Assembly (NCBI GenBank): GCA_963847655.1 | Contig: CAWKAS010000002.1 | Span: 705,729 to 769,728 of the forward strand | DNA from: an uncultured Acidobacteriota bacterium | GTDB taxonomy: Bacteria; Acidobacteriota; Vicinamibacteria; Fen-336 | Reading direction: 5' to 3' | DNA length: 64,000 nucleotides | Shown here: one piece after another, positions 40,121-51,777 of the stretch | Layout: each line of letters begins with the position of its first letter | Numbering within the stretch: the stretch's first letter is position 1 | Translations under genes and position numbers: made by a program | The notes under the pieces: model-generated | Database searches by the model: none | Seen by the model: the letters and a program-made list of their open reading frames with translations, nothing else | Told to the model about the DNA's origin: nothing

Positions 40121-40329
40121 GCAACTGGCCCAGCACCCGGGCGCCGCAGGTTCTTGCCGCGCTTCAGCGTATCGGGTGGTCGATCAAGCGGCAGTCGGGG
40201 TCCCACAAGACTCTCGTTCGTGAGGGCTGGCCTTCCTACACTTGGCCGTTCCACGACCGCGAGGAGCTCGGCCCGAGAATGCTTGCGCGCGTGGCGAAGC
40301 GAACTGGGCTCACACCGGAGGATCTCTAG
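40117..40329 (+). CDS. hicA: cassette 12: HicA mRNA-interferase toxin
   Basis: …ALQRIGWSIKRQSGSHKTL… (YcfA/HicA). It overlaps the hicB stop. Confidence 0.7.
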   Translation: MSNWPSTRAPQVLAALQRIGWSIKRQSGSHKTLVREGWPSYTWPFHDREELGPRMLARVAKRTGLTPEDL

Positions 40330-40687
40330 CCGGTCGTGGGAGCCGCAGAACAAACAGCAGTTCTTAACAAACAGCAGTTCTTCCTGAGTCGCCGTCGGAG
40401 TAGAAGTCGACGCTGAGGCGGACGTGGGCGATTCTGGAAGAGCTGAGTTGAACCGAGGCCGCGCTGCTGGCCCTATGTACTTTGAATTGCGCCGGGGTGC
40501 GTGCGGGAACGCGGAAGTCCGGGCCTTGGCTGGGTAGTCCTGGCCCGGAGAATGGGGGCGAGACCCCGGACGGACCTGACTCGGCCGACGAGTCCACCGC
40601 GGTACGCGCCACGAGACAAGCCAGCCCCTGGAGCGGCGGCGCCACGTTCGGCACCGGGTCGGCGGGACGAAGGGAGGGAGCCCACCA

Positions 40688-41821
40688 TCACATCCTCAGG
40701 GGCGGCAGGACGTCGAGGACGACGAGCCGGCCGATCTGGCACCGGGGACACAGGAGCGGGTCCTTTCCGAAGAGACGGCGGAAGGTGGTGTCCCAGCTTT
40801 CCTTTGGGAGCTTGGGAATCTGTGGCCCTCCCAGCTGGCGTCGACAGTGCGCCAGGTCTTCTCTTCGGCGCGAGGCCAGCAGCCCGTAGTGTCGGATGCG
40901 GACGAAGCGGTCGGGCAGGACGTGCTGGAGGAAGAGGCGAGCGAACTTGTCTCCGCTTAGGGACTCGAGCTTGGTCTTGCCACCGTCCTGACGGTCCTTG
41001 TAGCGGAAGACCACCGTATGTCCGTCGTAGCGGATGATGCGGGAGTTCGAGATCGCGATGCGGTGGACGTAGCGGGAGAGGTACTCGACCACGTGGGAGG
41101 GCCCTTCGAGAGGCGGCTCGATGCGGATTCCCCACGTCTTGTGCCCGGCCCGGGCGATGAGGTCGCGGGCCTCGTCCTCGGGGAGGGGCAGCTCGTTGGC
41201 CTCGATGGCGTCTCTCAGCTTGGCGAGCAGCTTTCCCTTGAAGACGGGCTGGAGCTTGCCCAGAGGCAGGAAGAAGTGAGTGCCGGAGGAGATCCACCGC
41301 AGCGCGCGCCAGACGCCGGCGGGCACGAGGCAGTGGATGTGGGGATGGAAGCGCAGCTTCTGGGTCCAGGTGTGGAGCACGGCGGTGAAGCCGATGTCGC
41401 CCTGGAGGTGGCTCCTTCCCACCTCGAGCAGCGTCTCGGAGACGGCCTGGAAGAGGAGATTCAGGCACCGCTCGGGGGCGAGGCGGAACAGGCGGTGCAA
41501 CTCCCCGGGGATGGTGAAGACGATCTGGTAGTAGGGCACGGGGAGGGCCAGCGCGCGCTGGTGTTCGGCCCACAGGGCCTGCTGAAGGCCCTGGCATTTG
41601 GGGCAGTGGCGGTTGCGGCAGGAGTTGTAGGCCCGGCGGACGAGGCCGCAGGTGGAGCACACCTCCCGGTGCCCGCCGAGACGGACGGTGCGGCAGTTAA
41701 CGATCGCGCTGGCGGCGCGGGCCTGGGCCGAGCTCAGCCTGAGGCCGAAGGCGTGGTCGCGCAGGACGTCCGCGACCTCGGAGCCGTCGCAGGCCCGCGG
41801 GGGTGGGTGCGGATGACGCAC
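40688..41821 (-). CDS. tnpA: IS91-family transposase (rolling-circle, HUH Y2)
   Basis: A zinc-finger N-terminus (CSTCG…CRNRHCPKCQ), an HUH motif (HPHIHCLV) and a YLSRYVHRIAISNSRI Y2 motif are present. Confidence 0.85.
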   Translation of the reverse strand: MRHPHPPPRACDGSEVADVLRDHAFGLRLSSAQARAASAIVNCRTVRLGGHREVCSTCGLVRRAYNSCRNRHCPKCQGLQQALWAEHQRALALPVPYYQIVFTIPGELHRLFRLAPERCLNLLFQAVSETLLEVGRSHLQGDIGFTAVLHTWTQKLRFHPHIHCLVPAGVWRALRWISSGTHFFLPLGKLQPVFKGKLLAKLRDAIEANELPLPEDEARDLIARAGHKTWGIRIEPPLEGPSHVVEYLSRYVHRIAISNSRIIRYDGHTVVFRYKDRQDGGKTKLESLSGDKFARLFLQHVLPDRFVRIRHYGLLASRRREDLAHCRRQLGGPQIPKLPKESWDTTFRRLFGKDPLLCPRCQIGRLVVLDVLPPLRM

Positions 41822-41824
41822 CGT

Positions 41825-42673
41825 CTACTTGTTCGGGACGCGGTCGAGAGGGCTGGTGGTCTGGTGGATGTTGGTCTGGGCCACGTGGGTGTAGACCTGG
41901 GTGGAGGTCAAGGAGCGGTGGCCCAGGAGGGACTGGATCAGGCGGATGTTGGTGCCGTCCTCGAGGAGATGGGTCGCGAAGGCGTGGCGCAGGGAGTGGA
42001 AGTAGACGTGCTTCTGGATGCCGGCCTTCAGCGCCGCGTGCTTGAAGACCTTCTCGGCGGTGGACGAGGACAGCGCCGTGCCCCTGGGGCGTCCCTCGAA
42101 CAGCCACCGCACCGGGCGGTACTGCCGCCAGTACTCCCGCAGGGTCCCGAGCAGGACGGGTGAGAGCATCACGTAGCGGTCCTTGCGGCCCTTGCCCTGC
42201 TCGACCCGGATCATCATGCGCTTCGAGTCGATGTCGGCGGGGACAAGCCCCAGGGTCTCGCCGAGGCGCAGGCCCCCGCTGTAGCTGGTCATGAGGAGAG
42301 CGCGGTGCTTGAGGTTGGTGCAGGCGTCGAGGATGGCCGTCACCTCCTCGGGGGCGAGGATCTCGGGAAGGACCCGCCGCTTCTTCTGGTACGGCATCCG
42401 CTTGATGTCCCAGTCCCGGTGGAGGCACTCGCGGTAGAAGAAGCGGAGCGCGCAGGTGGTCTGGTTGAAGGTGGAGAAGCCCACCTTGCGTTCGTTCGTC
42501 AAGTGGCGCTGATAGCCCTGGATGTCCTCCGGCGTCACCTGGTCGAGAGGTTTGGCCACGAACCTCCCGAACAGGCGCAGCATCCAGACGTAGGTCTCCT
42601 GGGTCCGGGGGCTGCGGTCGCGGGCGGCGAGCGTCTCGGCGAAAAGCGTCTCGAAGGGGTTCTGGAACTCCAT
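41825..42673 (-). CDS. tyrosine recombinase (phage-integrase family) associated with IS91-family elements
   Basis: R…HSLRHAFATHLL…VYTHV catalytic residues are present. Confidence 0.8.
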   Translation of the reverse strand: MEFQNPFETLFAETLAARDRSPRTQETYVWMLRLFGRFVAKPLDQVTPEDIQGYQRHLTNERKVGFSTFNQTTCALRFFYRECLHRDWDIKRMPYQKKRRVLPEILAPEEVTAILDACTNLKHRALLMTSYSGGLRLGETLGLVPADIDSKRMMIRVEQGKGRKDRYVMLSPVLLGTLREYWRQYRPVRWLFEGRPRGTALSSSTAEKVFKHAALKAGIQKHVYFHSLRHAFATHLLEDGTNIRLIQSLLGHRSLTSTQVYTHVAQTNIHQTTSPLDRVPNK

Positions 42674-42777
42674 GTCTTCCTCCTTTGGGGGTTGTCGCGA
42701 GAGCGCGACCTGGAGGAAGCTATGGCAGTCTAATCAACCGCTCCAGGCGGACGTCGTTCCGCCGCGTAGCGGCTTCG

Positions 42778-42890
42778 GTTCAACAAGGCGATGCAGCAGA
42801 CGAAGCGCTGGAGTTGAAGATGCCCTACGACGCCTTGGCGTCATCAATGTGCGCTTTGCAGCTTATTGCCGCTGTTCGACAGAGGTAAGG
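42778..42890 (+). repeat. attC site 12 (belongs to the hicAB cassette; displaced by the IS)
   Basis: GTTCAAC…GTTCGAC. Confidence 0.75.
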
Positions 42891-42913
42891 TAGAAACCGA
42901 GGCAGGGCGGTCT

Positions 42914-43177
42914 ATGCCGCGGAAACGATGGCCGACTTGGTGGGACTGGGAGCTCGAACTGAGCCCCCACGTCCTCAAGCGCATGGTGGATCGGGGCTTC
43001 TCAGAGGTAGAGTTGCGTGCCATGCTTGAGGGAGCCTCGAAGTGGCGTCGCGACGTGGCCCCGGGTCGTTGGGTAATTGAGACCCGGCATAAGAAGCGGC
43101 CTTGGGAAGTCATTGTGGAGCCTGACGTTGAGATGGAGCTTCTGGTGGTAATCACGGCGTACCCTGTCGAGGCCTAG
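42914..43177 (+). CDS. cassette 13: DUF4258-like toxin-family protein
   Basis: MPRKRWPTWWDWELELSPHVLKRMVDRGFSEVELRAML…. Confidence 0.5.
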   Translation: MPRKRWPTWWDWELELSPHVLKRMVDRGFSEVELRAMLEGASKWRRDVAPGRWVIETRHKKRPWEVIVEPDVEMELLVVITAYPVEA

Positions 43178-43181
43178 CAGA

Positions 43182-43451
43182 ATGAGTGAGTCCTATCTCG
43201 AGGTCACCTACCGCCACGGCCGTCCCCTGGCCGCGTACTACTACCTGCCCCGGCGACCCAGGGATCGGAGCCACCGCACTCGCCGGTCCGCAGCGGGACT
43301 CTTGGTCGACTACACCCGTGGGGGGCGACCAATCGGGATCGAGATCACGGCGCCCACCAAGGTCTCCCTGGCCGCGCTCAACCGTCTTCTCAACGAGTTG
43401 GGGCTCCCTCGGGTCACTCGCACAGAGATTTCCCCGCTCTTTGCCGCGTGA
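43182..43451 (+). CDS. cassette 13: DUF2283-like (putative antitoxin partner)
   Basis: …LLVDYTRGGRPIGIEITAPTKV…. Confidence 0.5.
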   Translation: MSESYLEVTYRHGRPLAAYYYLPRRPRDRSHRTRRSAAGLLVDYTRGGRPIGIEITAPTKVSLAALNRLLNELGLPRVTRTEISPLFAA

Positions 43452-43463
43452 CTGGGGCGCCCT

Positions 43464-43567
43464 GTCGAACGAGGGCTTGCACCAGACAAAGCGCCGGAAT
43501 TGAAGATGGTCCGAGACGCCCCTGGCATCATTGATGTGCGCTTTGCAGGTGAAGCCTGCTGTTATGC
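43464..43567 (+). repeat. attC site 13
   Basis: GTCGAAC…GTTATGC. Confidence 0.75.
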
Positions 43568-43586
43568 GAACTGAAGGAGGCATCGC

Positions 43587-44105
43587 TTGAGATCGACTCT
43601 CTTTGCCAGCGCTCTCCTCTGCGTCTTGTGTGTGGCCAGCTCCGCCGGTGCTGACCCGACAGATGGCAGTAGCTCCGTCTTCGCCGGCTTCCCGGGCATC
43701 GGGAAAGTTGTCGTCACCTCCACGCACGATGGCCTCCCTTCGGAGCGTCTTCGCGGCCGAATCGTGCGCCGCCTGGCGAATCACGGCCTGCTGGCGGATC
43801 CGCAGTCAACGGGTCGCGAAGCACAGCTGGTTGTCAAGGTCCATGCTGAGACGCTGCCCCAGGACCGCAGTGCGTGTAGCTACCACGCCTACACGGTGTC
43901 GGTCGCTGTCCGGGAGAGCGTTGAACTGACTCGCGAGCCTCACACGCGTCTTCTTGCCGTCACCTGGTCCGACCGCCAGTCTGTATCGCGCTTTGGCGGA
44001 GACTTGGCTGCGCGCACGGTACTGGGCGTAGTCGACACGAGCCTGAATCAGCTCATCGTGGAGGTTGAGACGGCGTGGCAGAGCGCATCAACGCAGGCAG
44101 AGTGA
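43587..44105 (+). CDS. cassette 14: hypothetical secreted protein
   Basis: The TTG start follows a GAAGGAGG RBS. Signal peptide MRSTLFASALLCVLCVASSAGA. Confidence 0.45.
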   Translation: MRSTLFASALLCVLCVASSAGADPTDGSSSVFAGFPGIGKVVVTSTHDGLPSERLRGRIVRRLANHGLLADPQSTGREAQLVVKVHAETLPQDRSACSYHAYTVSVAVRESVELTREPHTRLLAVTWSDRQSVSRFGGDLAARTVLGVVDTSLNQLIVEVETAWQSASTQAE

Positions 44106-44129
44106 AGAAACGCTCGTCAATGAGGGTGT

Positions 44130-44233
44130 CGCATAACAAGCCGATGAACCAGTCGAAGCGCTGGGGTTGAAGGTGCGCCACGACGACCCTGGCTTCATCA
44201 ATGTGCGCCTCGCAGGTGAAGCCCACTGTTCGG
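44130..44233 (+). repeat. attC site 14
   Basis: GCATAAC…GTTCGGC. Confidence 0.75.
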
Positions 44234-44299
44234 CGGACACCTGAGGGATTCAGGCACCTTCCACTTGACGTGCGTATATACGGTGTCTAGACTTACATC

Positions 44300-44539
44300 A
44301 TGAAGCGAAAGAGGGCGAAGCTCTTCCAGAACGGGGGCAGTCAGGCCGTCCGCCTGCCAAAGGAATGCCGCTTCGTCGCCCAAGGGGAGGTGCTGGTTCA
44401 CCGGGAGGGGCGTCGAGTCATCCTGGAGCCTACAGATGAGTGGTCGGAGGAGTTCCGCGCCTGCCTGGGCTCTTGGTCGGGCGACATTCCTCGACCCAAG
44501 CAGCAGGAACTCGGAGACCTTCAGAATCCATTCGACTGA
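44300..44539 (+). CDS. vapB: cassette 15: AbrB/MazE-type antitoxin (VapB-like)
   Basis: MKRKRAKLFQNGGSQAVRLPKECRF…. Confidence 0.65.
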   Translation: MKRKRAKLFQNGGSQAVRLPKECRFVAQGEVLVHREGRRVILEPTDEWSEEFRACLGSWSGDIPRPKQQELGDLQNPFD

Positions 44540-44934
44540 TGCCCCGATTCATGCTTGACGCTGACACTGTCAGCTACGCCATCCGCGGCCAGGGGCAGGT
44601 CGGGAAGCGGTTGCTCGAACACCAACCATCGGAGCTCTGTATTAGCTCGATCACCTGGGCCGAGCTTCGTTTCGGAGCCGAGGCCAAGCGCTCCCCGAAA
44701 CTCCGGCGCGCGATTCAGGCCTTCGCCAAGGACGTCGCAGTTGTCCCCTTCGACCAGGTGGCGGCCGACAAGTTCGCGGCGGTGGCAGCGTCGCCAGCTC
44801 GGCGTGGAAAGCCGATTGGGTCCTTCGATACCCTCGTGGCGGCGCATGCGCTTTCACTGGGCATGACTGTAGTGACGAACAACACGAAGCACTTTGGGCG
44901 GGTGCCCAGCTTGAACGTGGAGAATTGGGCCTGA
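44538..44934 (+). CDS. vapC: cassette 15: PIN-domain toxin VapC
   Basis: MPRFMLDADTVSYAIRG…FDTLVAAHALSLGMTVVTNNTKHF. An ATGA overlap joins it to vapB. Confidence 0.7.
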
Positions 44935-44950
44935 GGCTGATGCAGCAGCC

Positions 44951-45053
44951 GCCGAACGAGGGGATGCACCAGACAGGGCGCTGAGTTGAAGATGCTCCAC
45001 GACGTCCTTAGCGTCATCTATGCGCGCCCTGCAGGTGATCCCACGTGTTCGGC
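44951..45053 (+). repeat. attC site 15
   Basis: GCCGAAC…GTTCGGC. Confidence 0.8.
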
Positions 45054-45090
45054 GGACCTCTGGTCGAAGAGCCGGGTGTAGAATCTGGGC

Positions 45091-45279
45091 ATGGCCACCG
45101 CCAAGGACACCGTCCGGGACCTCTTGGAGCAGATGCCCGACGACTGCTCCCTTGAGGACGTCCAGTACCAGCTCTACCTGCGCCAGAAGCTCGAAAGGAG
45201 CCGCTTGGCCGCAGCCGAGGGTCGAGTCGTTTCCCACGCCGAGGTCAAAGAGCGGCTGTCGAAGTGGGCCGGAAAGTAG
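45091..45279 (+). CDS. cassette 16: small antitoxin (ParD/RelB-like)
   Basis: 62 aa. It overlaps the start of the downstream toxin. Confidence 0.45.
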   Translation: MATAKDTVRDLLEQMPDDCSLEDVQYQLYLRQKLERSRLAAAEGRVVSHAEVKERLSKWAGK

Positions 45280-45605
45280 TCTGGACGGACCCAGCGGCAG
45301 AAGACGTCGTCGAGACGGTCGAGTTCATCGCGAAGGACTCGCCTTCCTTTGCAGCCACCTTGGCGCAGCGAATCTGCGACGCCGGAGACTCTCTGGAGGT
45401 GTTCAGCGAGCGGGGCCGGCCTTACCCTGATCCTGCATATCCTGGCTTTCGGGAGTTGCTGGTGGGCCCCTACCGCCTGGTGTACGAAGTGGAAGACGAA
45501 CGGGTCGTCATTCACGGGGTGTTCCATGGCAGTCGTCAGGTTGAACATGCCGTTCGGAAACGTGCCGCCCCGCGAGGTTCAAGGGGCCGCCGAACAAGGC
45601 GATGA
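45264..45605 (+). CDS. cassette 16: RelE/ParE-family toxin
   Basis: …ERGRPYPDPAYPGFRELLVGPYRLVYEVEDERVVIHGVFHGSR… (ParE-like). Confidence 0.6.
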   Translation: MGRKVVWTDPAAEDVVETVEFIAKDSPSFAATLAQRICDAGDSLEVFSERGRPYPDPAYPGFRELLVGPYRLVYEVEDERVVIHGVFHGSRQVEHAVRKRAAPRGSRGRRTRR

Positions 45606-45687
45606 ACCAGCCAAAGCGCGGAGGAAGATGTCCTAGATTGGTATGCTTCATTGAGTCGCGCTTTGGAGGTTATCGCCGCTGTTATGT
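45589..45687 (+). repeat. attC site 16 (divergent member)
   Basis: GCCGAAC…GTTATGT. Confidence 0.6.
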
Positions 45688-45713
45688 GGACCCTGGAGAG
45701 AGGGGTAGACTAG

Positions 45714-45953
<240 letters not shown>

Positions 45954-45961
45954 CCCCTGGC

Positions 45962-46324
45962 ATGAGGTTCAAGGTCGACGAGAACCTCCCCAATGAGGTG
46001 GCGGAGGCTCTCCGGGCGGCAGGTCATGACGCGCCCACGGTTCTGGACCAGGGGGCCGGGGGCATGCTGGATTCCGATCTCGCCGCGCTGGTGAAGCGGG
46101 AGCAACGTGCCCTGCTGACCTTCGACCAGGGCTTCGGTGACATCCGCTCCCATCCGCCGGGGGAATACTCTGGCCTCGTGGTGCTTCGCCTCAAGCGGCA
46201 AGACAAGGTCCATCTGCTTTCGGTGATGCCGAAGCTCATCGCGACCCTCGCCTCAGAGCCGCTCGAGGGTCGGGTCTGGATCGTCGAGGAATCACGCATA
46301 CGGATTCGGGGTGAGGAACGGTAG
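45962..46324 (+). CDS. cassette 17: DUF5615/PIN-like (Mut7-C-type) putative toxin
   Basis: MRFKVDENLPNEVAEALRAAGHDA… is the partner of DUF433. Confidence 0.5.
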   Translation: MRFKVDENLPNEVAEALRAAGHDAPTVLDQGAGGMLDSDLAALVKREQRALLTFDQGFGDIRSHPPGEYSGLVVLRLKRQDKVHLLSVMPKLIATLASEPLEGRVWIVEESRIRIRGEER

Positions 46325-46686
46325 CGGGGATCCGCGAGCCACATAACAAACAGCAGTTCTTCCTAACAAACAGAAGTTCTTCCTGAGTCGCCCTCCGAGT
46401 AGGCGCTGCCGCTGAGCGGGCGTGTGGCGATTCTGGAAGAGCTGAGTTGAACCGAGGCCGCGGTGCTGAACCTATGTACTCTGGATCGGGCCGTGTTGCG
46501 TGTGGGAACAGCGGGGTCGGGAGCCGAACGACGTGTGTGGGACGCGAGGAAGCTCGCCAGGGGGCAAAGCGCGGTGATGTCTGAGACCGACTTCACGGCG
46601 CGAGAGGACCGAGAACGAACCTCCCCCTGAGGCGGCGACGCCGTTTCGGGCATCGAAAGGCCGGGGCGGAGAGGGGCGAGTCGCCG

Positions 46687-47820
46687 TCACAGCCTCAGGG
46701 GCGGCAACACCTCGCGGGCGACGAAGCGTCCGACCTGGCAGCGGGGACACAGGAGGGGGTCACTGCCGAGGAGCCGTCGGAAGGCGACGTCCCAGGCCTC
46801 TTTGGGGACCTTGGGCGGTGTTCGTCCACCGAGCTGCTCGCGACAGCGTTCGAGATCGGACCTGCGACGGGAAGCGAGGAGGCCGCAGTGCCAAATGCGG
46901 ACGAAGCGGGGGGGCAGGACATGCTGGAGGAAGAGGCGGGCGAACTTGTCACCGCTGAGGGGAGCGAGCTTGGTCTTTTCGCCGTCCTGGCGGTCCTTGT
47001 AGCGGAAGACGACGGTCTGCCCGTCGTAGTGGACGATGCGGTAGTTGGAGATGGCGATGCGATGGACGTAGCGGGAGAGGTAGTCGATCACGTGTGAGGG
47101 GCCCTCGAGGGGCGGCTCGATACGGATGCCCCACGTCTTGCGTCCGGCCCGTGCGAGGAGGTCCCGGGAGTCGCGCTCGGGAAGAGGCAGCTCGTCGGCG
47201 TCGACGGCGGCCCTGAGCTTGGCGAGGAGCTTGCCCTTGAAGACGGGCTGGAGCTCCTTCAGGGGGAGGAAGAAGCGGCTGCCGGTGGCGACCCACCGGA
47301 GGGCCTTCCAGACCCCGGCGGGGACGAGGCAGTGGATGTGGGGGTGGAAGCGGAGCTTCTGGGTCCAGGTGTGCAAGACGGCGGTGAAGCCGATATCGCC
47401 TTTGAGGTGGCTGCGTCCCAGCTCCAGGAGGGTCTCCGAGACGGCCTGAAACAGCAGGTTCAGGCACCGCTCGGGGGCGAGCCGAAACAGCCGATGCAGC
47501 TCCCCGGGGATGGTGAAGACGATCTGGTAGTAGGGCACGGGGAGGGCCAGGGTCCTCTGGCGCTCGGCCCACAGGGCCTGTTGGAGCCCCTGGCACTTGG
47601 GGCAGTGGCGGTTGCGGCAGGAGTTGTAGGCCCGGCGGACGAGGCCGCAGACGGAGCACACCTCACGGTGCCCGCCGAGGCGGGCGGTGCGGCAGCGGAC
47701 GAGGGCGCTGGCGGCCCGGGCCTGGGCTCGCCTCAGCCTGAGGCCGGAGGCGTGGTCGCGCAGAATGTCCGCCACTTCGGGGCCGTCCCGGTCCCGAGGT
47801 GGCGGGTGCGGGTGACGCAC
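46687..47820 (-). CDS. tnpA: IS91-family transposase, copy 2
   Basis: The 377-aa product is colinear with 40688..41821. Confidence 0.85.
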   Translation of the reverse strand: MRHPHPPPRDRDGPEVADILRDHASGLRLRRAQARAASALVRCRTARLGGHREVCSVCGLVRRAYNSCRNRHCPKCQGLQQALWAERQRTLALPVPYYQIVFTIPGELHRLFRLAPERCLNLLFQAVSETLLELGRSHLKGDIGFTAVLHTWTQKLRFHPHIHCLVPAGVWKALRWVATGSRFFLPLKELQPVFKGKLLAKLRAAVDADELPLPERDSRDLLARAGRKTWGIRIEPPLEGPSHVIDYLSRYVHRIAISNYRIVHYDGQTVVFRYKDRQDGEKTKLAPLSGDKFARLFLQHVLPPRFVRIWHCGLLASRRRSDLERCREQLGGRTPPKVPKEAWDVAFRRLLGSDPLLCPRCQVGRFVAREVLPPLRL

Positions 47821-47823
47821 CGC

Positions 47824-48250
47824 CTACTGGCTCTTCGGGGCACGGTCGAGGGGGCTCGTGGTCTGGTGGATGTTGGTCTGGGCCACGTGGGTGTAGACCT
47901 GGGTGGAGGTCAAGGACCGTTGGCCCAGCAGCGCCTGGATCAGGCGGATGTTGGTGCCGTCCTCGAGGAGGTGGGTGGCGAAGGCGTGGCGCAGGGAGTG
48001 GAAGTAGACGTGCTTCTGGATGCCGGCCTTGAGCGCGGCGTGCTTGAAGACCTTCTCGGCGGTGGATGAAGACAGCGCCGTGCCCCTGGGGCGTCCCTCG
48101 AACAGCCACCGCACGGGGCGGTACTGCCTCCAGTACTCCCGCAGGGTCTCGAGCAGGACGGGTGAGAGCATCACGTAGCGGTCCTTGCGGCCCTTGCCCT
48201 GCTCGACCCGGATCATCATCCGCTTGGAGTCGATGTCGCTGGGCACGAGA
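47824..48250 (-). pseudogene. tyrosine recombinase, N-terminally truncated copy
   Basis: It matches the C-terminal ~140 aa of 41825..42673 (…DIDSKRMMIRVEQGKGRKDRYVML…). The upstream region is unrelated. Confidence 0.6.
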
Positions 48251-48552
48251 CCCAGGGGCAACAGCAAGGGGCGGGGCGTCATCCGACGTGAGTCCAAGGC
48301 ACAGGCGAGGCGCGGTTCGGTGTTTCGGGTTTGGCCGCGCGGCGGCGGGCGGCCCTGTTCCCCCTGTGGTTTGTGGGGATCGCTTCCGTCGCGAACGGTG
48401 TCGCGCACCCTTCGTCTTCGCTCCTCACGGCAGGCTGCCTCCCCGGACTTGTCACGTCTCCCGTCATTGGCGTCCTCGGAATCCTGCTCTTGCGGCGTCT
48501 GCCCTGGTCACGGATGGCGTAGACTCGTCTCCGGGAGCTTCCTGACCGTCGC

Positions 48553-48819
48553 ATGAAGCAGTCGAAGATGGCCGACAAGACACTGGCCCGTCATCCGTGG
48601 ACGCGTGCCACCCTGGTCGGTGTCTCCGTCGCGCTCCTGACCGCGTCCAGCATGTCCTTCCTGGATTGGAGGCTGAATCCCGGAGGCCTCTTTCGTGGTG
48701 AGGACGGAACGAGCTGGTTGGTGGTCTGGAACACGTGGGCGAGCTGGTTCGTGCCCGTCTTCCTTCTCGCCGGGGGGTTCGTCCTTCCGGTCCTTCTCTG
48801 GAGGTCGCGACGCCAGTAG
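48553..48819 (+). CDS. hypothetical small membrane protein
   Basis: 88 aa with two hydrophobic segments. Confidence 0.35.
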   Translation: MKQSKMADKTLARHPWTRATLVGVSVALLTASSMSFLDWRLNPGGLFRGEDGTSWLVVWNTWASWFVPVFLLAGGFVLPVLLWRSRRQ

Positions 48820-48907
48820 GCGCACGTCAGTCCACGGTCGCCGTCGAACCGGTGCCTGCGCCCTGTGCGGCGCTCATCGGGCTACTAGAGGAGCTTTGGC
48901 TAGAGGC

Positions 48908-49888
48908 ATGAAAGCAGCGATCTACGAGAGGTACGGGCCGCCCGAGGTCGTGGAGCTGAGAGAGGTGGAGACGCCTACGCCCAGGGACCACGAGCTTCTG
49001 ATCAGGATTCACGCAACGACGGTGACGTCGGGAGACTGGAGAGTGCGGAGCCTCGACGTACCGCGCGGCTTTGGGCTCGTCTCCCGTCTGATCTTCGGAG
49101 TTACGGGTCCGAGGCAACCGATTCTCGGGACCGAGCTCGCCGGGGAGGTGGAAGCGGTCGGCAAGGACGTCACGAGATTCAAGGTCGGCGACCCGGTCTT
49201 CGCCTTCAGCAGTGCCGGGATGGGATGTCACGCGGAGTACAAGTGCATGCCCGAGGACGGCCCGGTGGCGCCGAAGCCGGCCCACCTGGGCTACGGTGAG
49301 GCCGCCGCCTTGTCCTTTGGCGGAACGACGGCTCTGGATTTCTTTCGACGAGGAAGGCTCCAGAGGGAGGAGAGGGTCCTCGTCAACGGCGCCTCCGGAG
49401 GGGTCGGCACGGCGGCGGTGCAGCTGGCCAGGCACTTCGGGGCCGACGTCACCGGGGTGTGCAGCGCCGGGAACGCGGAGCTGGTGAAGTCCCTCGGTGC
49501 CCGTCACGTCATCGACTACACGCGAGACGACTTCACGAAGGACGGCGAGACCTACGACATCATCGTGGATACCGCGGGCACGGCCCCCTTCTCGCGCAGC
49601 AGCGGCTCGCTGAGAGAAGGGGGGCGCCTTCTTCTCGTCCTGGGACTCCTGCCCGACATGCTCCGAATTCCCTGGGTGGCGATGACGACGACCAAGAGAG
49701 TCGTCGCCGGACCCGCGAGCGCACGCGCCGAGGATCTGCGCCTTCTGGGGGAGCTGGCCGAGGCGGGAGGGTACAAGGCGGTCATCGATCGGCGGTATCC
49801 CTTCGAGCAGATCGTGGAGGCCCACCGCCACGTGGACACGGGGCACAAGAAGGGGAGCGTAGTCGTCGACCTGCTGTCCGGGGAGTGA
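48908..49888 (+). CDS. MDR-family NAD(P)H:quinone oxidoreductase / zinc-binding dehydrogenase
   Basis: MKAAIYERYGPPEVVELREVETPTP… plus a GASGGVG cofactor motif. Confidence 0.8.
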   Translation: MKAAIYERYGPPEVVELREVETPTPRDHELLIRIHATTVTSGDWRVRSLDVPRGFGLVSRLIFGVTGPRQPILGTELAGEVEAVGKDVTRFKVGDPVFAFSSAGMGCHAEYKCMPEDGPVAPKPAHLGYGEAAALSFGGTTALDFFRRGRLQREERVLVNGASGGVGTAAVQLARHFGADVTGVCSAGNAELVKSLGARHVIDYTRDDFTKDGETYDIIVDTAGTAPFSRSSGSLREGGRLLLVLGLLPDMLRIPWVAMTTTKRVVAGPASARAEDLRLLGELAEAGGYKAVIDRRYPFEQIVEAHRHVDTGHKKGSVVVDLLSGE

Positions 49889-49953
49889 AGGTGAGGAGTT
49901 TGCCGGCAGAGCCGCCGGGGTGGACGAACCACGGTCCATCCGGGGTCCGTCCG

Positions 49954-51769
<1,816 letters not shown>

Positions 51770-51777
<8 letters not shown>

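Larger units (their letters stand above)
40340..42777 (-). mobile_element. IS91-family insertion (Y2 HUH transposase plus companion tyrosine recombinase), copy 1, between hicA and its attC
   Basis: The 3' side flank (40349-40385) has AACAAACAGCAGTTCTT x2, shared with copy 2. The right edge lies next to GGTTCAAC of attC12 (IS91 GTTC target). Boundaries are approximate. Confidence 0.6.
46335..48250 (-). mobile_element. IS91-family element, copy 2, truncated within the recombinase gene; replaces the last attC
   Basis: It has the same AACAAACAGCAGTTCTT flank as copy 1. tnpA is ~90% identical at the protein level. Homology with copy 1 ends near 48250. Confidence 0.6.

Noticed and set aside
33694-45687. 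Regularly spaced ~100-bp repeats that could be mistaken for a CRISPR array.
   Set aside because: The repeats are ~103 bp imperfect palindromes with GTTRRRY/RYYYAAC-like cores. They are separated by 400-700-bp segments that each encode an ORF. An integron integrase is adjacent. These are attC sites, not CRISPR repeats, and no cas genes are present.
48279-48578. Small ORFs in the 48250-48550 gap after the truncated IS copy.
   Set aside because: They are Arg-rich, have no RBS and lack protein-like composition. The region was also scanned for a further attC, and none was found.
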